Source: Thalassospiraceae bacterium | Lineage (GTDB): Bacteria; Pseudomonadota; Alphaproteobacteria; Rhodospirillales; Magnetovibrionaceae | Assembly (NCBI GenBank): GCA_030637845.1 | Contig: DAOWFT010000076.1 | Span: 1-24,977 of the forward strand | Direction of reading: 5' to 3' | DNA length: 24,977 nt | Part shown: in pieces, positions 17,418 through 24,977 of the stretch | Layout of the letters: the number at the start of each line of letters is the position of its first letter | Numbering within the stretch: position 1 is the first letter of the stretch | The notes under the pieces: generated by a model | What the model was told of the DNA's origin: nothing | What the model saw: only the letters and a program-made list of their open reading frames with translations | The model's database searches: none | Made by a program: the position numbers and the translations under genes

Positions 17418-18667
17418 CCGATGCGTTGCTGAAGAACGGTATAAAAGCCCTGCGCCAGCAGATAGACGCCCCGGTTGCAGCCTTTTTCAGCAGTTGCGTG
17501 CATTGCGGCCTGTGCGCGGAGGCGTGTTTGTTTTATGTCGAAACCAAAGACCCCCGGTACACCCCGATTTACAAGTTGGAGCCCATGCGCCGCCTATGGC
17601 GTAATGAGTTCACGGTGGTGGGGCGCATCGCCACCTGGCTGGGCCTGACCAAGTCGATTACGGATGATGAGCTAACCCAGTGGGAAACGCTGGTTTATGA
17701 TTCTTGCACAATGTGTGGACGGTGTTCTCTGGTATGCCCCGTGGGCAACGACATAACTTATATGGTGCGCAAGATGCGCGAAGGCATGAGCGTCTCCGGC
17801 CACGCCCCGGTTGAATTGACCGAGGCCGCAGCGCGTCACCTCGACCTGGGCAGTCCCATGGGAAAATTATTGCCGGCCCTTGAGGCACAGGTCGCCCACG
17901 CGCGCGCCGATACCAACATCGACATTACATTCGACACCCCCGGGGTTGACTATATGGTTATCTTATCGGCTCAGGAAACAGCGGTATATCCAGGCGTCAT
18001 TGGGGCCATGGCGCAATTATTCAAGCAGGCGGGTGTGACTTGGACCATTTCGAGCGAATGCTTCGAGGCTTCCAACGTCGGCGTACAAATTGGCAACCGC
18101 GACCTTGCCCGGACTTTGATACAGCGGATTGTCGATGCGGCTGAAAAACTAAACGTCAAAGGCGTCATTAGTCCTGAATGTGGTCACGCCTATCAGGCAT
18201 TGCGTTGGGAAGGTCCAAACTTGATTGGCCGCGCGTACGACTTTGAAGTCATCCACATCATTGAGCTGCTTGATAAATTGCGCGCCCAAGGCCGCTTAAA
18301 GACCAAGGGGCAGTTCCCCGGTCGCGTGACCTTCCACGATCCGTGCCAGATTAATCGTCGTGGCGGCATTGATGCCGAACCCCGGCGGTTGCTCAATATG
18401 GTCGCCGCCGACTTCGTTGAAATGGAAGACGCCGGAACTTGGAGCTGGTGCTGTAGCGGCGGCGGTGGGGTCGGCGCAAACCGGCGCGCTGATGCTCTGC
18501 GTAAAAAAGCATTCGGACGCAAGAAACGCCAATTAGAAAATACCGAAGCCGCAACCATCGTCACCATGTGCGCTTACTGCCACCACACCATTGAAGATGC
18601 ATTGGAAGAAAACAACATGGAGATGGAGGTTGTCAGTTTGACCGAATTGATGGCGGCCTATTTGTGA
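17414..18667 (+). CDS. DsrK/HdrD/TmcB-like (Fe-S)-binding oxidoreductase with a CCG domain
   Basis: Two ferredoxin motifs (CVHCGLCAEAC, CTMCGRCSLVCP), a degenerate first CCG domain (SPECGH), and a complete C-terminal HDPC...CCSGGGG...CAYCH motif; ATGA overlap with the upstream gene. Confidence 0.88.
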   Translation: MTDALLKNGIKALRQQIDAPVAAFFSSCVHCGLCAEACLFYVETKDPRYTPIYKLEPMRRLWRNEFTVVGRIATWLGLTKSITDDELTQWETLVYDSCTMCGRCSLVCPVGNDITYMVRKMREGMSVSGHAPVELTEAAARHLDLGSPMGKLLPALEAQVAHARADTNIDITFDTPGVDYMVILSAQETAVYPGVIGAMAQLFKQAGVTWTISSECFEASNVGVQIGNRDLARTLIQRIVDAAEKLNVKGVISPECGHAYQALRWEGPNLIGRAYDFEVIHIIELLDKLRAQGRLKTKGQFPGRVTFHDPCQINRRGGIDAEPRRLLNMVAADFVEMEDAGTWSWCCSGGGGVGANRRADALRKKAFGRKKRQLENTEAATIVTMCAYCHHTIEDALEENNMEMEVVSLTELMAAYL

Positions 18668-18683
18668 GAAAGTTCGTCCAGCC

Positions 18684-20189
<1,506 letters not shown>

Positions 20190-20314
20190 TGGGGGGGTCC
20201 TTTAGTTGGCCAGCATTACGGCAGCAATGGCTGCAAACAGGCTGCTCTATGGGGTTGATACATTTTTCTCCACTGTTTGTCGAGGCCGGACAATCAGCCG
20301 TTTTTGCATACACT

Positions 20315-20338
20315 CCACCAATCTGGCCACCAATCTGG
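20315..20338. repeat. Perfect 12-bp tandem repeat upstream of mmsA
   Basis: CCACCAATCTGG twice (20315-20326, 20327-20338); partial third copy GCCACCAAT at 20397-20405. Confidence 0.85.
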
Positions 20339-20427
20339 GTGCCGCCGCTGGCCACCCAAGAAATTGGGCCAAACTACGGACATACATACAATTAAAGCCA
20401 CCAATGAATAGGCTAGCCCTATACAGA

Positions 20428-20458
20428 AATGTCCGCTCTGCGGCCTGCAGCAGATAGC
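20428..20458 (+). repeat. Degenerate ~30-bp palindromic repeat, copy A (9-nt spacer)
   Basis: AATGTCCGCTC-tgcggcctg-CAGCAGATAGC; the left arm matches the family consensus well and the right arm (AGCAGA) partly. Confidence 0.5.
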
Positions 20459-20583
20459 CTAGGGGGCTGGGGCTACGTACGGAACTCTTGCGCCGTAAAG
20501 ACTCGTAAGGTGTTTTACTCTAACCGGAGTTATTGCATACTAAAGCTGTGGGATAACATTTAATCTGAATGTGAGCTAAAGCC

Positions 20584-22284
20584 GTGGCGAGTACGATAAA
20601 TTACCTGACGGACATTGTGATCCTGCTCGCCGCTGCCGTCGTTGCTGTTCCGCTTTTCCAGTCCATGCGCATGGGAGCCATACCCGGATTTGTAATCGCT
20701 GGCGTGATTGTCGGCCCCTACGGCTTGAAGCTCATCGGAAACGTAGAAGATATAGGTCAACTCGCAGAGCTTGGCGTCGTTTTGCTGCTGTTTATCATCG
20801 GAATCGAACTCAAACCCGCGCGCCTATGGATGATGCGAAGATTGTTGTTCGGTCTGGGCTCTCTCCAATTGCTCTGCACCAGTGTCGCCCTTGTGGCCGC
20901 CGCCCACTATTTGTTTGGCATTCCTCTTCGGGCCGCAGTTCTCATCGGCCCGGCGCTGGCGCTGTCCTCCACGGCCTTCGTGCTCCAGTTGCTTACCGAA
21001 AATAAGATGCTGTCCTCCGAACAGGGCCGAGCTTCCATTGCCATCCTTTTGCTGCAAGATTTAGCCGTTGTCCCTTTGCTGGCCTTGGTATCACTCCTCG
21101 CCATGCCGGCCCTAACCTTGGCCGAAGATCTCGTGATTGCGCTGGGCGAGGCGGCCCTTATCATTGGCTTGGTTATTCTTGCTGGGCGTTACCTTCTGCA
21201 GCCGATCTTTCACCTTATGGCCAAGTCACGTAATCCAGAGGTGTTTACAGCATCCGCCGTATTGCTTGTTCTGGGCGCCGCCGTATTGATGGAACACATC
21301 GGTCTTTCGATGGCCATGGGGGCGTTTCTGGCTGGATTGATGATCGCCGATTCCACATTCCGCCATCAGGTCATTGCCGAAACACAGCCTTTTCGTGGAC
21401 TGCTGCTTGGGTTGTTCTTCATGTCGATGGGTATGACCCTGAACCTCGATCAACTCTTCCATCAACCTTTATTCCTACTCAGTTTGGTTGCGGCTTTGAT
21501 TGTCTTGAAAGCCGTTGTGATCTGGCCCTTGGCGCGCTTGTTTGGGCTCAGCGGGAAAAGCGCCCTCACGGTTGCGCTTCTGCTCGCCCAAAGTGGGGAG
21601 TTTGCACTCATCGTGTTTACGGTGGCGTTCGGGACAGGCCTCTTGGATGAAGACTTGTTCCAGAGGCTTCTTTTGGTGGTCATACTCAGCATGCTGGTGA
21701 CGCCGATTCTGGCCAGACTGGCGCGGAAAATTAAGAAATCAGAGGAAAAAAAACATGTTGTCGCACCAGTTCATGCGGCTGCCGAAGAACCTATCCCCGC
21801 ACCTGTTTTTATCATCGGCTTCGGTCGGGTTGGGCGTAAAATCGGCAGCATCCTCGAATTGGCCAAGGTGCCGTTTTCGGCAATCGACAACGACCCGACC
21901 CTCGTCGCGCGAGAACATGCCCGAGGGCGCCCGGTGTTTTACGGTGATGCCGAAAGGCCCGCCGTCTTGAAAGCCATGGGAGTTGAAGGGGCACGCTTGG
22001 CAATTGTCGCACTGGACGACTTTGAGATAACAGAACAGCTTGTATCCACATTGCGCGACAATTTTCCCGAACTGCTGATTCTTGCCCGTGGGCAAAATAG
22101 GGAGCTTTGCGAGAGACTCAAGGCCCTTGGCGTAGATGTGGTTGTATCGGAAACCTTAGAGACCAGCGTAGAGCTTGCACGCGCTGCGTTGAGCAAAATT
22201 AGCACCCCGGAAGATGAAATTAGCTTATTCATCGAGGACTTCCGGCGCAGCTACCGTGAACAGCATAAAATCGGGAGGCCCTGA
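20584..22284 (+). CDS. CPA2-family cation:proton antiporter (KefB/KefC-like) with C-terminal TrkA_N/KTN domain
   Basis: LAELGVVLLLFIIGIEL, LSSTAFVLQLL, LLLQDLAVVP, SMAMGAFLAG and LAQSGEFA motifs; Rossmann IIGFGRVG and FYGDA in the C-terminal domain. Confidence 0.95.
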   Translation: MASTINYLTDIVILLAAAVVAVPLFQSMRMGAIPGFVIAGVIVGPYGLKLIGNVEDIGQLAELGVVLLLFIIGIELKPARLWMMRRLLFGLGSLQLLCTSVALVAAAHYLFGIPLRAAVLIGPALALSSTAFVLQLLTENKMLSSEQGRASIAILLLQDLAVVPLLALVSLLAMPALTLAEDLVIALGEAALIIGLVILAGRYLLQPIFHLMAKSRNPEVFTASAVLLVLGAAVLMEHIGLSMAMGAFLAGLMIADSTFRHQVIAETQPFRGLLLGLFFMSMGMTLNLDQLFHQPLFLLSLVAALIVLKAVVIWPLARLFGLSGKSALTVALLLAQSGEFALIVFTVAFGTGLLDEDLFQRLLLVVILSMLVTPILARLARKIKKSEEKKHVVAPVHAAAEEPIPAPVFIIGFGRVGRKIGSILELAKVPFSAIDNDPTLVAREHARGRPVFYGDAERPAVLKAMGVEGARLAIVALDDFEITEQLVSTLRDNFPELLILARGQNRELCERLKALGVDVVVSETLETSVELARAALSKISTPEDEISLFIEDFRRSYREQHKIGRP

Positions 22285-22324
22285 AACGCCCTCGCTGCAA
22301 CTGACCTCGCAGGAGCAATGCAGG

Positions 22325-22354
22325 GTCGCCTGCTTATGACCCAAAGCGGTTATT
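22325..22354 (+). repeat. Degenerate ~30-bp palindromic repeat, copy B (8-nt spacer), overlapping the kinase stop codon
   Basis: GTCGCCTGCTT-atgaccca-AAGCGGTTATT; 15/17 identical to copy C over 22332-22348. Confidence 0.65.
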
Positions 22355-24062
22355 CCGAGGTCCGCATTGTAAAGAAGAAAGCGCTCCCCTCTCCCGGGTC
22401 ACTCTCAGCCCAAATACGCCCCCCGTTCTTCTCAACCATTTCCCTGCAAAGCGGAAGCCCCAAGCCGGTGCCCTCTTCACCCGCCGTGCCCGTGGTCGAG
22501 GTTCTTTGATCAAGGCTGAAGATCGTTTTCGCCTGTTCCTCCGACATGCCGACGCCGGTATCGGACACCATTACCTGAGCCATATCTCCATCCTGCAGGG
22601 ACGACACTGTGACCGATCCACCGGACGGTGTGAACTTCAGGGCGTTGGCGACAAGATTGCGGATGACCGTATCCACCATATTTGGGTCGGAGAAGACAGT
22701 GGTTTCCTGAATTTCGTTTATCAGCTCAATTTCTTTCTGCTGGGCGACCGGCTTTAGAACCTCGATGCTTTTGTGGGCGATACCCCGCAACGGAACCATC
22801 TTCTGTTCTAGCGTCGTGCCCTCCATTTGCAGGAGGGACCAGTCGAGAAGGTTTTGCAAAAGCTCAAAGACCCGGTTTCCCGCCTGATTCGTATGCATTG
22901 CGTATTCGGTTAAATCTTCCCTGCTGAAACTGTCCGACATGTTCGCCATCATATCGGTCATGCCAAGGAGGGCGTTAAAGGGGCTCCTGAGATCGTGAGC
23001 GATGATGGAGAAGAACCTGTCCTTGGTGCGGATTTCATGCTTGAGTTGCTCCCGGCTTATTTTAAGCTCATCCTCTGCCTTCTTTCGCTTAGTGATGTCT
23101 TTGAAGGTAACAACGGCCCCAATGATTTCTTCGTCCTTAAAGATGGGGGTTGATGCGCACTCAACCGGAAAGTGCGACCCATCCTTACGCCACATGACCT
23201 CATCGGTTATGTGGTGCATCTTGCCGTCACGAAAAGCAGCGCACAACTGACATTCCTCGTATGAATAGGGGGTACCGTCGGAATGACTATGGTGGATAAA
23301 TGCATGCGTCAACTGGCCGATCAGTTCGCCTTCTGAATAGCCCAGCATCTCGCATGCAGCCGGATTGATAAAAGTCGTGTAGCCATCAGGGTCCAGCCCA
23401 AAAATTCCATCCCCCACCGATGCAAGAAGTAACCTGTTTTGTTCTTCGGAAAACAAAAGCAACCGATCTGCTTCTTTGCGCTCGGTAATGTCGTGAACGG
23501 TCCCCATCATTTTCACAGGGGCTCCGCTCTCGTCGAAAGTCACTTTGGCTTGTTCGTGAACGATCCTCTCGCTACCGTCGGGAAGAGCGATCCTGTGTTC
23601 GATGTTGTAGGGTTTATTTTCGTGCAGCGCAGCATTGACAGACTGCGCCACGAGCGCCCGGTCATCCGGATGCACGGCCTCAATGAATACATCATAGGTT
23701 GCCTTGAACGCACCCGGGCGGGCGCCGAAAATACGGTAGATTTCATCCGACCACCACAGGTCGCCTGTCGCAATATCCCAATCCCAGTTGCCCATGCGGG
23801 CAATACGTTGCGCTTCGTTCAGTCTCGCTTCCGCACGGGACAGGGCTTGGTGCGACAGCTTTTGCAGCTGAATTGTCCGGAGCGAAAGCCCGATAACAAA
23901 GCCGGCTACGCTACCGAAAAAAATGGGCACAAAAAACCCTTCGGCAATGAGCGGGGCGCCGGTGGCCAGTTTTTGAATAACCGCAAGCACCACAAGCAAA
24001 GCCGCGCCCAGGGTAGCGTAGAGAAAAGGTTTAATGCCGATGTTACCAAGAAGGCTGTGCAT
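22350..24062 (-). CDS. Membrane-anchored PAS-PAS sensor histidine kinase
   Basis: Two N-terminal TM helices; PAS_3 (MGNWDWDI...VHPDD...EHRIALPDG); second PAS (GLDPDGYTTFINPAA...RKDGSHFPVE); H-box IAHDLRSPF; N-box NLVANALKFT; DTGVGM and GTGLGL; GGAG RBS. Confidence 0.94.
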   Translation of the reverse strand: MHSLLGNIGIKPFLYATLGAALLVVLAVIQKLATGAPLIAEGFFVPIFFGSVAGFVIGLSLRTIQLQKLSHQALSRAEARLNEAQRIARMGNWDWDIATGDLWWSDEIYRIFGARPGAFKATYDVFIEAVHPDDRALVAQSVNAALHENKPYNIEHRIALPDGSERIVHEQAKVTFDESGAPVKMMGTVHDITERKEADRLLLFSEEQNRLLLASVGDGIFGLDPDGYTTFINPAACEMLGYSEGELIGQLTHAFIHHSHSDGTPYSYEECQLCAAFRDGKMHHITDEVMWRKDGSHFPVECASTPIFKDEEIIGAVVTFKDITKRKKAEDELKISREQLKHEIRTKDRFFSIIAHDLRSPFNALLGMTDMMANMSDSFSREDLTEYAMHTNQAGNRVFELLQNLLDWSLLQMEGTTLEQKMVPLRGIAHKSIEVLKPVAQQKEIELINEIQETTVFSDPNMVDTVIRNLVANALKFTPSGGSVTVSSLQDGDMAQVMVSDTGVGMSEEQAKTIFSLDQRTSTTGTAGEEGTGLGLPLCREMVEKNGGRIWAESDPGEGSAFFFTMRTSE

Positions 24063-24215
24063 TGCGATCTCCCGATGGCGTATCGATCGCCAACCTAATT
24101 ACTCACATAAGGGAACATTAGAATTATGTCATATAATGCTTTGGGAGTCACCAGATGCCAACTTTGGCGAACTATCGTAAACCCAGAATAGTTGACCAGC
24201 ATGCTCCCTGCTGTA

Positions 24216-24245
24216 AACGTCAGCCTATGACCCAATGCGTGAATT
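24216..24245 (+). repeat. Degenerate ~30-bp palindromic repeat, copy C (8-nt spacer)
   Basis: AACGTCAGCCT-atgaccca-ATGCGTGAATT; spacer identical to copy B; lies between the kinase promoter region and the GNAT stop. Confidence 0.65.
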
Positions 24246-24266
24246 AAATGTGGGTGGTTTGGCTAT

Positions 24267-24794
24267 TCAAGAAGTCCAAAGTGCAATTTGACGCCATGGT
24301 TCTGGCACGGATATTTTTCCTTCATGGGGCGCTTCTGCATCGCATAGCTTGAGGGACTGCCATGCTCCATGCCATTCCGTCGGCAATGGATATGGTGTAG
24401 TGACTTTGTCTTCTGCCTTGAATCCAAAGCGACTGTAATAAGCAGGGTCGCCGAGAACAAAGATATAGCCAATTGTAGCGCTTTCCATTTGCTTAAAACT
24501 CGATTGAACCAACGCGCTTCCGATCCCCTGTTTATGCAGAGCTGGTGTGACCGCAAGCGGACCTAAAAGTGCGACCTTATCTTTCCCTCCCTCAACGTGG
24601 CAAAACGTGAAACTGATATGCCCTACAATTATCTTTTCACGTATCGCAACGAGCGATATTGCTCTCTGCCCAAGATTCAGAAGCCCCCTCACCAGCGGCA
24701 ACAGGTCTTCGTCAGGGAAGGTGTCCACATACAGTTGTTCGATCCCGGCGGCATCACTGGGTCGGCTTTCCCGAATTTCAAGATTGCTAATCAT
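24267..24794 (-). CDS. GNAT family N-acetyltransferase (YhbS-like)
   Basis: LLGPLAVTPALHKQGIGSALV acetyl-CoA motif A and VLGDPAYYSRFGF motif; ATG at 24794 with AAGGGA RBS. Confidence 0.93.
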   Translation of the reverse strand: MISNLEIRESRPSDAAGIEQLYVDTFPDEDLLPLVRGLLNLGQRAISLVAIREKIIVGHISFTFCHVEGGKDKVALLGPLAVTPALHKQGIGSALVQSSFKQMESATIGYIFVLGDPAYYSRFGFKAEDKVTTPYPLPTEWHGAWQSLKLCDAEAPHEGKISVPEPWRQIALWTS

Positions 24795-24832
24795 TTTCCC
24801 TTTATAGATGTGGTTGTGCTGGCGAAACAGCA

Positions 24833-24862
24833 ATTATCTGCTTCTGGCTAAAAGCAGACGTT
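24833..24862 (+). repeat. ~30-bp palindromic repeat, copy D1 (8-nt spacer; best-preserved dyad)
   Basis: ATTATCTGCTT-ctggctaa-AAGCAGACGTT; 7 contiguous base pairs of perfect dyad (TCTGCTT/AAGCAGA). Confidence 0.65.
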
Positions 24863-24878
24863 TCCTGAGGATTGCTAT

Positions 24879-24909
24879 TATGACCGCTTTAAAGCCGAAG
24901 GCAGGTGCT
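24879..24909 (+). repeat. Degenerate ~30-bp palindromic repeat, copy D2 (9-nt spacer)
   Basis: TATGACCGCTT-taaagccga-AGGCAGGTGCT, starting 16 nt after D1. Confidence 0.5.
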
Positions 24910-24977
24910 ATCGCCTCCTCCTCATAAGTGAGTTTATGGTATATAAATAATGTCATAGTTTTGGTTTTGTTTCTGTG

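Noticed and set aside
23439-24098. Long antisense ORFs such as 23439-24098, 13698-14342, 19266-19784 and 4512-5003 (+)
   Set aside because: They lie opposite well-supported genes, have no recognisable motifs, and are expected shadows of GC-rich coding sequence.
24152-24180. AGATGCCAACTTTGGCGAACTATCG as a further repeat unit upstream of the PAS-PAS kinase
   Set aside because: Position would fit the pattern (like D1 upstream of the GNAT) but similarity is limited to about CTTTGGC and there is no dyad; too weak to call without a PWM.
20428-24909. Interpreting the ~30-bp repeats as integron attC sites, dif/pdif sites or a CRISPR array
   Set aside because: No RYYYAAC/GTTRRRY boxes, no XerD-type TTATGTTAAAT arm, no integrase in the window, and spacing is gene-sized (0.6-1.9 kb) rather than 30-40-nt spacers.
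24834-24977. Open minus-strand frame entering from the window edge (…MTLFIYHKLTYEEEAIAPAFGFKAVIIAILRKRLLLARSR*)
   Set aside because: Runs through repeats D1 and D2 in AT-rich sequence with no motif; probably non-coding, though it cannot be excluded without the flanking sequence.

Overview
Chromosomal region, probably from an alphaproteobacterium (inferred from the ccoNOQP-ccoGHIS order and protein style; Rhodospirillales-like is a guess). The left half holds the 5' part of an omega-amino acid:pyruvate aminotransferase (runs off the window edge), a membrane-anchored class II (c'-like) cytochrome c divergent from a TetR regulator, an orphan PAS histidine kinase behind an FNR/FixK box, and a complete minus-strand cbb3 oxidase cluster (ccoNOQP-ccoGHIS, including a ccoQ absent from the ORF track). 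A second FNR box and a divergent TauE/DsbD_2-type membrane protein precede the cluster. The middle holds a candidate 26-aa membrane peptide, a periplasmic sugar-binding-type protein paired with a HAMP-PAS kinase, a NarI/DsrM-like plus DsrK/HdrD-like redox pair with no dsr/hdr/nar context, and mmsA. In the right 4.5 kb, three functionally unrelated genes (Kef-type antiporter, PAS-PAS kinase, GNAT) are each bounded by degenerate, co-oriented ~30-bp palindromes (consensus roughly AAYGTCYGCTT-N8/9-AAGCRGACRTT). This cassette-like layout is the most unusual signal in the window. No rRNA, tRNA, CRISPR array, transposase or integrase was recognised.
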